DNA of 64,000 nucleotides from Octopus sinensis (taxonomy: Eukaryota): NCBI RefSeq assembly GCF_006345805.1, contig NC_043014.1, forward strand, positions 12,772,001 through 12,836,000, given 5' to 3'. A program made the position numbers and the translations under genes. Each line of letters starts with the position of its first letter. Within the stretch, counting starts at the first letter, position 1. Below the pieces are notes generated by a model. The model was not told the DNA's origin, searched no databases, and saw only the letters and a program-made list of their open reading frames with translations. Of the stretch, positions 1 to 10,675 are shown piece by piece.

Positions 1-160
1 GCTATTCACCTCTCAACCACACTGTGTGATCTATCCTCAATTTTAATTCCTTGGGAGGTTCTGATGAATTACCTCAAATCGAAGCAAATTTTTATCTTGA
101 GTTGTCTCCCTTGTATTTGGTTGATTAAAACCTTGTTCAATAATGTTTACCTCTTCTGAT

Positions 161-780
161 TTCTTTATTGCCCACAAGGGGTTAAACATAGAGGGGACAA
201 ACAAGGACAGATAAAGGGATTAAGTCGATTATATCAACCCCAGTGCTTAACTGGTACTTATTTAATCGACCCTGAAAAGATGAAAGGCAAAGTCGACCAT
301 GGCGGAATTTGAACTCAGAACGTAACGGCAGACGAAAAACAACTAAGCATTTAGCCCCACGCGTTAATGTTTCTTATTTCTTTACTGCCCACATGGGGCT
401 AAACACAAAGGGGACAAACAAGGACAGAGAAAGGGATTAAGTCAATTACATCGACTCCTGTGCATAACTTGTACTTATTTAATCGACCCCGAAAGGATGA
501 AAGGCAAAGTCGACCATGGCGGAATTTGAACTCAGAAAATAGCAGCAGACAAAATACCTATTTCTTTACAACCCACAAGGGGCTAAATACAGAGAGGACA
601 AACAAGGACAGACAAATGGATTAAGTCGATTATATCGACCAGTGTGTAACTGGTACTTATTTAATCGATGAAAGGCAAAGTCGACCTTGGCGGAATTTGA
701 ACTCAGAACGTAGTGGCAGACAAAATACCGCTAAGCATTTTGCCTGGCGTGCTAACAATTCTGCTAGTTCAACGCCTTCT
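161..780 (-). mobile_element. Three head-to-tail copies of SINE family B (tRNA-like head; core gcctttcatcctttcggggtcgataaa; tail agccccttgtgggcaataaagaaa)
   Basis: Three near-identical ~200-bp units (about 161-372, 373-560, 561-780). The same unit recurs at about 11489-11700, 21730-21955, 39043-39270, 48346-48572, 52180-52597, 54175-54390, 55655-56100, 56837-57180 and 62532-62752. Confidence 0.85.
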
Positions 781-1039
781 TGTTGCATCATAATCCTAAT
801 TAATTAAAGCTATCAGTGCTTGTCATATTGAATGCGTTATCTTACTGTTTATCACTCGGACACTACCACGAAGGGTTATAGTCAAACAAATCCACTTCAG
901 TACTCATGCTTTTCTGAGTGTGGTACTTATTTTACCAGTATCTTTTGTCAAACCATCAAAATATCAGGATGTAAATAAACCAACATGGTGGTAATTTGCA
1001 ATCCCTCAATCAAAATTTTTTAGCAGGAGCTCCAGAAAA

Positions 1040-1470
1040 CACCACATGAATTTTCGTGATGTTTTCATTTGTTCGGGAGGTTGACGGTTACCCTGAACAT
1101 GGATGGTCTTCAAGTGATAAGTGACCATTCCTAAAGCAGGAAAACCACTTGCAAACTTGTGCTTTGCTCATGACAGCATCCTTGTAAGCTGATTGAAGAA
1201 TGACAACTGTTTTTGCCACTGTTTTCTCCAGCAGAAAACAGAATTTTACAGAAGCACACTGTTCCTTCCTTTCAGCCATCAGAAAAATCAATGAACAGGG
1301 GGGGGAGCACAGCAAAACAAAGGCGCACCACATGGAAGTACGATATCACTTGATGCTGCTGGTTGGCAGACTGATGCCTGAGGATTGCATCAAGTGAGTT
1401 CTAGCAACCAAAGCCTGAACTACAATGGGCTTGTCCCAGAGAGAACATTTCCAGTTACTTTTGGGTACTG
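1040..1470 (-). mobile_element. Mariner transposase 5' remnant (N-terminal HTH region) with degenerate TIR
   Basis: ORF 1088-1333 gives MAERKEQCASVKFCFLLEKTVAKTVVILQSAYKDAVMSKAQVCKWFSCFRNGHLSLEDHPCSG*PST, matching the mariner pattern EQR..IKFCF.LGK...AYGD..MS...V..W...F..G...LED..RSGRPST. TIR-like gaggcagtacccaaaagtaactgg lies near 1447-1470. Confidence 0.75.
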
Positions 1471-2435
1471 CCTCATATGTAAATATCTATGTGTTTGTCT
1501 TTGTGTCAGTACTTGTCCCCCATCACCCCTTGATAACTAGTGTTGGTGTGTTTACATCCCCTTAACTTCTTGGTTCCATAGAATAAGTACTAGGCTTTAA
1601 AAAAATAAATACTGGGATCAATAGAATAACTAAAAATTCAAGGCAGTGTTCTAGCATGGCCACAGTCTACTGACTGAAACAAATAAAAGATAAAACATGT
1701 GTGTGTGTGTGTGTCTTTGTTTGACCCCCCCCCCCACTGCTTGTCAGCCCATGTTGATGTGTTTACTGATAGAATAAGTATTTGTCTTTAAAAATAAAGT
1801 CCTAGGGTTGATTGTTCAATTAAAACCCTTTGAGACAGTACCCCAGCATGGCCACAGTCAACTGAGTGAAACAAGTAAAAAGAAAAAGAAAAAGAATATG
1901 TAGGTACAGCAGTGGCTGTATGGCAAGAAGCTTGCTTCCCAACCACATGGTTCCAGGTTCAGTCCCACTGTGTGGTACCTTGGGCAAGTGACTTCTGCTA
2001 TAGCCTCAGGCCAACCAAAGCATTGTGAGTGGATTTGGTAGATGGAAACTGAAAGAAACCTACCATATATATATATATGTATGTATGTATTCATGTGTCT
2101 GTGTTTGTCCCCCCCCCCATCATTTATGTCCCTGTGATCTAGCAGTTCAGCAACAGAAGCTGATAGAATAAGTACTGGGCTTACAAAGAATAGGTCCTGG
2201 GGTCAATTTGTTTGACTAAAACAGTAAAAGAATAAAAAAATATATACATATATACATAAATACATATATAAGTCATCAAATTCCGCTGAGGTCAATTTTG
2301 CCTTTCATCCTTTCGGGGGGTCAATAAATTTAGTACCAGTTGCATTTGGTGGGGTCAATCTAATTGACTGTCCCCCCGCTCCCCCGAAAATTTCAGGCCT
2401 TGTGCCTACAGTAGAAAAGAATACATATTTAGGCA

Positions 2436-2880
2436 TAGGAGTGGCTGTGTGGTAAGTGGCTTGCTTACGAACCGCATGGTTCCAGGTTCATTCCCACTGC
2501 ATGGCACCTTGGGCAAGTGTCTTCTACTATAGCCTCTGGCTGACCAAAGCCTTGGGTGTGGATTTGGTAGATGGAAACTGAAAGAAGCGCATCGTATATA
2601 TGTATATATATGTCGTATTTGTGTGCCTGTGTTTGTCCCCCTGACATCGCTTGACAACCGATAGTGGTATGTTTACATCCCTATAACTTAGCGGTTCGGC
2701 TAAAGAAGCCGATAGAATAAGTATTAGGCTTACAAAGAATAAGTCCTGGGGTCGATTTATATATTAATAATAATAATACTAATAATGAAATTATTGTATA
2801 CAGTGCTCAGGTGCTTGACTAAAAGGCGTTGCTCCAGCATGGCCACAGTCACATGACTGAAACAGCTAAAGGAGTAAAAG
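2436..2880 (+). mobile_element. SINE family A (~400 bp, tRNA-derived head, internal (TA)/(TG)n, tail gaaacaagtaaaaga)
   Basis: A-box-like tggctgtgtggt and B-box-like ggttcagtcc. More than 25 full or partial copies in the window; best at 27318-27660, 29450-29862, 34987-35363, 49812-50210(-), 50580-51000 and 57470-57790. Confidence 0.85.
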
Positions 2881-3502
2881 AAAAGAAAAGATATATATAT
2901 AGTACATGCCCCAGCAAGGCCACAGTCACATGACTGAAACATAAAACAAATATGTGTGTGTGTGTGTGTGTGTTCACACAAAGAAGCATAATGTGAAGAG
3001 GCCCCAGCCTGGCTGCAGTCCACTGACTGAAACAAAAGCTAAAGGTTAAAGTCCAAAGTTAAAAAGGCTTTCACATATCTATTGATCTTATTCTAAGGCT
3101 TGTCTCCCACCACAACTACTTTTCTGGGGCTCTTATCACCAGTAAAGAAACAGAAAAATATGCCTTCTTTAATTCACCTCCTCCTCTTTCTTCTTCTCCT
3201 CCTTCCTCCTTCTGTTTACAATAACAAAAACAATAGCATTTTCTTCTTTCACACATTCCTCTTTCAGTTTAATGGTCATTTAGCAAATAGTCTCTCAGCT
3301 CAAACACTGCAGGTGGTACCTTTCAAATGAAGTTTAATTGATTTAACAGAGTAATTTTCAAAGCATTCTATTCACTGGGTCAGTCAAGGGTTTGTTGGGG
3401 TGTCTTTTTTTTTTCACATTTTTATCTTTATTCTCTGATATTTAGAGTTTGACCAATGGACTGGACACTTGAAACATGCTTCTGTTCAGAGATTAAACTT
3501 CA

Positions 3503-3810
3503 ATGATGACAATGATGATGATGGTGGTGGTGGTGGTGGTGAAACTTTATGATGACAATGATGATGATAATGATGATGATGATGATGATGATGTTGATGA
3601 TGATGGTGGTGGTGGTGGTGAAACTTTATGATGATAATGATGATGATAATGATGATGATGATGATGATGATGTTGATGATGATGGTGGTGGTGGTGGTGG
3701 TGGTGAAACTTTATGATGACAATGATGACTATGATAATGATGATGATAATGTTGATGATGTTGATGATGATGGTGGTGGTGTTGGTGTTGGTGTTGGCAG
3801 TGGTTGTGGT
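3503..3810. repeat. Compound (GAT)n/(GGT)n microsatellite arranged as three higher-order units starting gaaactttatgat
   Basis: gaaactttatgatg(a/t)aatgatgat...ggtggtggt recurs at about 3541, 3620 and 3706. Confidence 0.9.
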
Positions 3811-4344
3811 CATTAATTAGGACATTTTGGTTTACCATTTTTCAGGTAGTGGCCTAGCAGTGTGGTTACAAAAAAAAAATAGCTTGCTTCCACATCATGT
3901 GGTTTTGAGTTCAGTCCCACTGTGTGGCACCTTGAGCAAGTGTCTTACATATATATATATACTCTTTTACTCTTTTACCCGTTTACTTGTTTCAGTCATT
4001 TGACTGTGGCCATGCTGGAGCACCGCCTTTAGCCGAGCAAATCAACCCCAGGACTTATTCCTTGTAAGCCTAGAACTTATTCTATCGGTCCCTATTTCCG
4101 AACTGCTAGGTTATGGGGGGAACAAACAGAGACACACAAACATACACACACACACACACATCATCTGTCTACCAAATCCACTCACAAGGTCTTAGTTGGC
4201 CCGAGGCTATAGTAGAAAACACCTGCCCAAGGTGCCACGCAGTGGGACTGAACCTGGAACCATGTGGTTGGTAAGCAAGCTACTTACCACACATCCACTC
4301 CTACACCTATATATATATATATAACTTTGATAGGTTTAGGCCAA

Positions 4345-4735
4345 TATAAGCCCAGGTCATGACTAACTTAATAGCACCACCTGGTAAAGTCTTTTAGTCA
4401 TATATGGGGCACTATGGCCCACTCTAGCAAAGAGTTATTATTGTTGGAGACATATCTGGGTGTAGGATGTTGGTCTAGGATTTTTTAGAGAAATTTGTCC
4501 AGAGAACTTTTGAATTTTATGGGACCCATTTCCATCTTGACGTATTTTGGTATAATATTAAAGAGAGCTGGGCCGGTCGAGGTAAAGTTGTTGTGTTGTG
4601 GTGTTGTTATGTGTCCTGAGTTTGATTTTTGCTGTGGGCAGATAGCACGGGGGCCACGTCTTGGGTGGATTTTAAAATTGATGCCAACATCATTTTTGCA
4701 ATATTGATGGAATATTTTCCACATCACTGTGCTTG
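4345..4735 (-). mobile_element. 3' end of a CR1/L2-group LINE ORF2 (decayed)
   Basis: Minus-strand translation ...FTSTGPALFNIIPKYVKMEMGPIKFKSSLDKFL*...QPTPRY...NNSLLEW resembles the CR1/L2-group C-terminus (GP.LFN.LP....FK..LD.FL..IPDQP). Probably the same insertion as 5850-6545, split by SINEs. Confidence 0.6.
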
Positions 4736-4796
4736 AGGAGACCTGTTGAGTCAAGTACATGAACATGAACATGAACATCAATGGAAATAGTAGTTG

Positions 4797-5300
4797 TGAT
4801 ACCTGTGCCGGTGACACATAAAAAGCACCATCCGAACGTGGCCGTTGCCAGCGCCGCCCCGACTGGCTTCTGTGCCGGTGGCACATAAAAAGCACCATCC
4901 GAACGTGGCCGTTGCCAGCGCCGCCTTGACTGGCTTCTGTGCCGGTAGCACATAAAAAGCACCATCCGAACGTGGCCGTTGCGAGCGCCGCCTTGACTGG
5001 CTTCTGTGCCGGTAGCACATAAAAAGCACCATCCAAACGTGGCCGATGCCAGCGCCGCCCTGACTGGCTTCTGTGCCGGTGGCACATAAAAAGCACCATC
5101 CAAACGTGGCCATTGCCAGTGCCGCCTCAACTGGCTTCTGTGCCGGTGGCACGTTAAAAGCTCCAACCGATCGTGGCCAATGCCAGACACCCCCTGGCAC
5201 CTGTGCAGCCTCCTGGCTTCCCAGACCCCGGTCGAACCGTCCAACCCGTGCTAGCGCGGAAAACAGACGTTAAACGATGACGATGATGATGATGATGATC
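4797..5300 (+). mobile_element. SINE-like family C with a 5' array of 67-bp tandem units and a (GAT)n tail
   Basis: gtgccggtggcac starts at 4805, 4872, 4939, 5006, 5073 and 5140 (period 67). Tail is ggacgttaaacgatgatgat. Other copies at about 5398-5690(-), 31460-31806, 43767-44020, 47330-47581, 51055-51361 and 52905-53205(-). Confidence 0.85.
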
Positions 5301-5849
5301 ACACAAATGATGTGGCACTCCCGGTAGTGTTGGAGACAGTAAAGATTGAGGTTTTTAGTCAACCCCAATAGTCAATGCCTGTCATGCCATCTATCATCAT
5401 CATCATCATCATTGTTTAACGTCCGTTTTCCATGCTAGCATGGGTTGGACGGTTCGACTAGGGTCTGGGAAGCCAGGAGGCTGCACCAGGCTCCAGTCTG
5501 ATCTGGCAGTGTTTCTACAACTGGATGCCCTTCCTAACGCCAACCACTCCGTGAGTGTAGTGGGTGCTTTTTACGTGCCACCGGCACAGGTGCCAAGGGA
5601 GGCTGGCAATGGCCACGATCGGCTGGTACATTTTACGTGCCATCCTCTCTCTCTTTCGGAGAGGCACTGAGCAGCTATACGCACACATACACACACGGCA
5701 GTAACTTCCACCTTCCGAATTCAATCACAAAGCTCTGGTCGGCTCGGGGCTATAGTGGAAGACACCTACCCAAAGTGCCATGCAGTGGGACTGAACCCGA
5801 AGCCATGTAGCTAGGAAGCAAGCTCCCTAACCACACAGCCATGCCCGCC

Positions 5850-6545
5850 GTTTCTTGTTATTGACCTCTGGAGTGCTTCCACTTTCATAATGCTTTGCTT
5901 CATGTGGGGAGACCACAGTGGGCAACAGTATTCAAGGTGGAGTCAGGCAAAAGTAGGGAACGATGATGGTGTGGGCATCTCTTTACTGGAAAGTTCTCAG
6001 AATCCAGGAGCACATCTTGCAGGCCAAGTCAACCTTGCTGTTTACATGGGAACTCCAGCTTAGATTGTTATCAACAATTACTCTAAGGTCTCTGCTATTG
6101 TTGGATGGCACTAGGGAGTTGCTTCAGGGAGGGGGGCATATGGTATCTTCAAAGTATCCTCTTTTCCAAAGTGGATTAAACTAAACTTATCTTCATATAG
6201 TAGCATATCGTTCTTTTCTGCCCATTGGACAACTGCAAACAGACCCAACTGAAGGCATGTTTGGGCTCCCATACTGTTTATGGCCTTCTGGAATTTGGAA
6301 TCATCTGTAAAGATTTTCACTGTAGAATGTCTGATGATGTCTACTATGTCATTGATGTAGATAATGAAGAGGAGTGGGCCCACCACCCTTATGGGACACC
6401 ACTACTGATTTTGGGTGAGCTTGATGGGATTCCCTCAAACACATGTTGGGTTCTGTTCGTCAAGAGACACTTTATCCTCTGCAGAATCTTTCCATGGACT
6501 CCAATGGTGGACAGGTTCTTTGATTTCAACCATACTAGAGCAATG
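5850..6545 (-). mobile_element. CR1/L2-group LINE reverse transcriptase remnant
   Basis: ORF 6111-6386 gives GPLLFIIYINDIVD...VKIFTDDSKF...LQLGLFAVVQWAEKNDMLLYEDKFSLIHFG, matching RT motifs GPLLF..YIND / (Y/F)ADD / W...W.M.FN..K...HFG. It carries stops and frameshifts. Confidence 0.8.
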
Positions 6546-6725
6546 CCTTAAAGGGCACTTTAGTCGAAAAAATTGACCCCATTATTCTTTGTAAGCCTAG
6601 TACTTACTCTATCGGTCTCTTTTACTGAACCCCTAGGTTACGGGGACATAAACACACCAAAATCAGTTATCAAGCAATGGTGGGGGACAAACTCAGACAT
6701 AAAGAAACATACAAACATAAATATA

Positions 6726-6756
<31 letters not shown>

Positions 6757-7051
6757 GTGTACACATACACACACACACACACACACATGTAAAATACACT
6801 TTAATTGAAATACAGTTTCCCCAAAATTAAACATATCTAATATAATAAATGTGAATGTCAGTGTGTTACACTCTTTCAACTTTACTCCTAGAGGCTGTAG
6901 CCCAACATATACCATTTTGGAATCAGGCTGACTCTGTGAGTAAATTAAAAACATTCCACGCCGAATCTGAACCTGCAACCCTGATATTTTGGATTCCTAT
7001 GTTTTCATAACTGCAATTGTTTTCAGCGATTTTTTTCACATGATTTTTAGT

Positions 7052-7156
7052 GATGAATATGATCATTATTGGGATATGACTCTGGAGGAAGCAATTACAA
7101 CAAATTCGCCAAAACAAGTCAGTGATCTGTTTGCAGATCTTCCCATTTGGGGTTAG
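7052..7156 (+). mobile_element. Possible Helitron RepHel fragment
   Basis: Manual translation DEYDHYWDMTLEEAITTNSPKQVSDLFADLPIWG* resembles the RepHel segment DD.HWD.TL.EA....SP.Q.R.LFA. The match is short. Confidence 0.4.
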
Positions 7157-7213
7157 TTGCTTAAAAGACACATACTAACTTAAAAGCTGCATGATAGGGT
7201 GGCTTTTAAGCTA

Positions 7214-7253
<40 letters not shown>

Positions 7254-7259
<6 letters not shown>

Positions 7260-7447
7260 TAGTTATCGCCATACTAATATGGCAGTCTTGTAAATATAAG
7301 ACTAAAGCTTGTTTGAAGGTTTGTAATGGACGCAGGTTCATGTGTCAAATAGGCAGCTTGAGGCGGTGGCCTCTTGGAACTAAACAGCAACAGCTTTAGT
7401 CTTATATTTACAAGACTGCCATATTAGTATGGCGATAACTATTAATT
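7254..7447. repeat. Perfect 56-bp inverted repeat with an 82-bp spacer, between (TA)n tracts
   Basis: 7254-7309 (aattaatagttatcgcc...actaaagct) is the exact reverse complement of 7392-7447. Confidence 0.9.
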
Positions 7448-7504
7448 TCCAGTAATGCTGCCGTAATCTCCTTTAGAGAGACTTAGTAATTTTAATATTT
7501 CTAT

Positions 7505-7551
<47 letters not shown>

Positions 7552-7644
7552 TTGAATAACCAGAAAACAGAGAAAACTTTTGATCAAGAAACAAACCAGT
7601 TGGACTACGTCTGTAGATTATTTATTAATACAAAACATGACATA

Positions 7645-7765
7645 ACATTTCTTACAGCTGTTTCTGCTCCTAATGCCCGTTTGTGCTTGCGAAAGAATTT
7701 CAGAAACAATATTTGTCATCTTCATACGACATTCGATCTAGAACATGGAGCTTCATCAGAGTGAA
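7645..7765 (-). ncRNA. Type I hammerhead-like motif with a long stem II insertion; stem I degraded
   Basis: Minus strand reads CTGATGA(7759-7753)-A-GCTCC...~80 nt...GGAGC-A-GAAAC-AGCT-GTA(7655-7653). Stem III palindrome is ACAGCTGT. Only 2 bp of stem I remain. Confidence 0.55.
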
Positions 7766-7816
7766 TACAAATGTGTAAAATAAAATGAATGAAGGTAAGA
7801 GAGAATGGGAAAAAAC

Positions 7817-8114
7817 CAGGGCCTTGAGAAGAGGCTATAGGGTTCAATATATTAAAATCATACCATTTTCCAGCGTGGAACTTTGAAATCAAAGTCAGCA
7901 CTAAAATAAGACAAGAATTACCACTTATTTTAGTGCTAACTTTCATTTCATTACTATTCAAATATCTTGGTTCCCCCTTTATATAGAAATAACCCGTTAA
8001 TATTTCCCTAGACCACTACTAGTTCACTCTTTGGCCTATCAATTTCAAAGTTCCATGCAAGAAGATAGTATGATTTTAATATATTGAACCCTCTAGCCTC
8101 TTCTCGAGGCCCTG
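7817..8114. repeat. Imperfect inverted repeat (arms 7817-7889 and 8042-8114) with an internal agcactaaaataag/cttattttagtgct hairpin
   Basis: The outer 47 bp of the arms differ at 2 positions; tggaactttgaaat is also mirrored. Confidence 0.8.
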
Positions 8115-8312
8115 TTCTTTCCTATCCCCTTTTCCCTTTATTTATTTTATGTAGTTGAGCAAATCGACTCCAGGACTTATTCTTTGTAAGCCTAGTACTT
8201 ATTCTATCAGTCTCCTTTGCCAAACCACTAAGTTACTGACTCATAAACACATCAGCATCGGTTGTCAAGCAATGTTGGGGCGGGGGGCAAACACAGACAC
8301 ACAAACATATAT

Positions 8313-8347
<35 letters not shown>

Positions 8348-9151
8348 AGGGGATTTTTCGTTGTGCTTATTGTCCTGTATCTCTTTTTTTTGCTTGTCTT
8401 GTCCTTGGTTTGTGTCTATGTGTTTCGTCTCTCTATGTGTTCGACGTCTTTTTGGTGTCCTGTACACATATATGCGTGTATATGTACATGTAGAGGTAGG
8501 TACGTACATATATGTTATATATATGCATATGTTCTATTTTATTAACATATTATACGACTAAACGCACGCACCCTATTAAGTAAGATTGTTCTGTTTATCA
8601 AGTTAGCCTTGATATTAACTCTCACGCGACTCTGCATCTTTCTTTCTTCTCTCCCATTCCCTTTTTCGTCTTTTTTTCCCTCACTAACTTGTCTCTTCCT
8701 CTCTCTCTCATTCTTCATTCTCTCTCTCCCTTTCACCATTCTTCATGGTCTCCTCGCACCATTCCCCTTCTTCTCTCTCTTCCTCTTGCTCCTCCTCCCC
8801 CATTCCCGTCGTCCATCTGCGACGATACTTCCGTCGTAACTGCTATCCTGTCTTTTCTCGCCCGCCTTCTAAGGCTACTGGTCGACACATTTTCTCTCTC
8901 TCGTCGTCCACGATAATCCAGCGTTTGCAATACTTTTTTCGTTTGGCGTTAACAGCCCTTCTTATCTTGTTCCCTTGTCCTGTCTCTCACTGTTATATTT
9001 TTATTTTTCCACTGTTTATATATATATTTTTTACTGTTTATATGTTTGTACTGTCGTTACCGTCTTGCCTTTTTTTTTTTACCCTTCTGCGAAAAGATCT
9101 CAGAATTTTAATTGATTTGCTTTTCGCGGGAAGGAAGTTTTTTCGAAGTAT

Positions 9152-9214
9152 ACGTCTCGCTTTTATCCTTCGAAACGTTTAGTAGATGAAACCTTAGCGA
9201 CTGAAGAAGGGGAT
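9152..9214 (+). ncRNA. Hammerhead-like motif with scrambled strand order (copy 1)
   Basis: ACGTC-TCGCT-ttt-ATCCTTC-GAAACGT-linker-AGCGA-CTGAAGA-AGGGGAT. Stem I TCGCT/AGCGA, stem II ATCCTT/AGGGGAT with G:U pairs, stem III ACGT/ACGT, GUC triplet at 9154-9156. Confidence 0.45.
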
Positions 9215-10020
9215 TTTTCGTGTGCTTATTGTCCTGTATCTCTCTTTTTTTTGCTTGTCTTGTTCCTTGGTTTGTGTCTATGTGTTTCGTCTCTCTATGT
9301 GTTCGACGTCTTTTTGGTGTCCTGTACACATATATGCGTGTATATGTACATGTAGAGGTAGGTACGTACATATATGTTTATATATATGCATATGTTCTAT
9401 TTTATTAACATATTATACGACTAAACGCACGCACCCTATTAAGTAAGTAAGATGTTCTGTTTATCAAGTTAGCCTTGATATTAACTCTCACGCGACTCTG
9501 CATCTTTCTTTCTTTCTCTCCCATTCCCTTTTTCGTCTTTTTTTCCCTCACTTAACTTGTCTCTTCCTCTCTCTCTCATTCTTCATTCTCTCTCCCTTTC
9601 ACCATTCTTCATGGTCTCCTCGCACCATTCCCCTTCTTCTCTCTCTTCCTCTTGCTCCTCCTCCCCCATTCCCGTCGTCCATCTGCGACGATACTTCCGT
9701 CGTAACTGCTATCCTGTCTTTTCTCGCCCGCCTTCTAAGGCTACTGGTCGACACATTTTCTCTCTCTCGTCGTCCACGATAATCCAGCGTTTGCAATACT
9801 TTTTTCGTTTGGCGTTAACAGCCCTTCTTATCTTGTTCTCCTTGTCCTGTCTCTCACTGTTATATTTTTATTTTTCCACTGTTTATATATATATTTTTTA
9901 CTGTTTATATGTTTGTACTGTCGTTACCGTCTTGCCTTTTTTTTTTTTACCCCTCTGCGAAAAGATCTCAGAATTTTAATTGATTTGCTTTTCGCGGGAA
10001 GGAAGTTTTCTTCGAAGTAT

Positions 10021-10083
10021 ACGTCTCGCTTTTATCCTTCGAAACGTTTAGTAGATGAAACCTTAGCGACTGAAGAAGGGGAT
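10021..10083 (+). ncRNA. Hammerhead-like motif with scrambled strand order (copy 2)
   Basis: Identical to 9152-9214; GUC triplet at 10023-10025. Confidence 0.45.
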
Positions 10084-10312
10084 TTTTCGTTGTGCTTATT
10101 GTCCTGTATCTCTCTTTTTTTTGCTTGTCTTGTTCCTTGGTTTGTGTCTATGTGTTTCGTCTCTCTATGTGTTCGACGTCTTTTTGGTGTCCTGTACACA
10201 TATATGCGTGTATATGTACATGTAGAGGTAGGTACGTACATATATGTTTATATATATGCATATGTTCTATTTTATTAACATATATATATATATATATATA
10301 TATATACTTTTT

Positions 10313-10445
10313 AAAAATCTCTGACGAAGCCTAGAGAAACACCCAAGTACCTCAGTTTCATCTACTAATTACTTCAGTCTACTTGAGTGATAAAGGTAGA
10401 ATGAGGTATTTTTTCCTCTTGGCTGAAACAGCTGTAAGATATTTT
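10313..10445 (+). ncRNA. Type I hammerhead ribozyme, intact core, extended stem II
   Basis: aaaaatct-CTGACGA(10321-10327)-AGCCtagag...ctcttGGCT-GAAAC-AGCT-GTA(10434-10436)-agatatttt. Stem I is 4 bp + A.A + 4 bp. The stem II arm continues with tacctca/tgaggta and tctac/gtaga pairing. Confidence 0.75.
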
Positions 10446-10643
10446 CCCAATTTCTATTCCTGTATGTTACATATTTTAATAATTACTGGTATCTTTATCT
10501 ATTATATATGTAAAGCACAATATGTTATATATGTTTGTATATTGTTGTAATTGTCATTTTTTAAAATAAATAAATAAATTGATATAATATAATGTCTAAA
10601 AGTTGATGAATACCACCTATTGATCCCCTCCATTTTCTTATTG

Positions 10644-10675
<32 letters not shown>

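Larger units (their letters stand above)
8347..10281 (+). mobile_element. ~860-bp non-coding element in 2.2 head-to-tail copies between (TA)n tracts (PLE/retrozyme-like)
   Basis: aaggggatttttcg begins at 8347, 9207 and 10076 (periods 860 and 869). Copies differ by a few small indels, there is no long ORF, and HHR core motifs sit at the unit junctions. Confidence 0.85.

Noticed and set aside
53-110. CTGATGA...CGAAG as a hammerhead
   Set aside because: No GAAA box, no convincing stem II and no stem I partner.
3547-3838. Poly-His / poly-Asp ORFs
   Set aside because: Translations of (GAT)n/(GGT)n microsatellites.
4805-5205. CRISPR-like array
   Set aside because: Units are contiguous 67-bp tandem repeats with no unique spacers, there are no cas genes, and the context is eukaryotic.
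4485-5244. 204-, 184- and 140-aa minus-strand ORFs
   Set aside because: Read-through of the 67-bp SINE array into a LINE remnant; not host genes.
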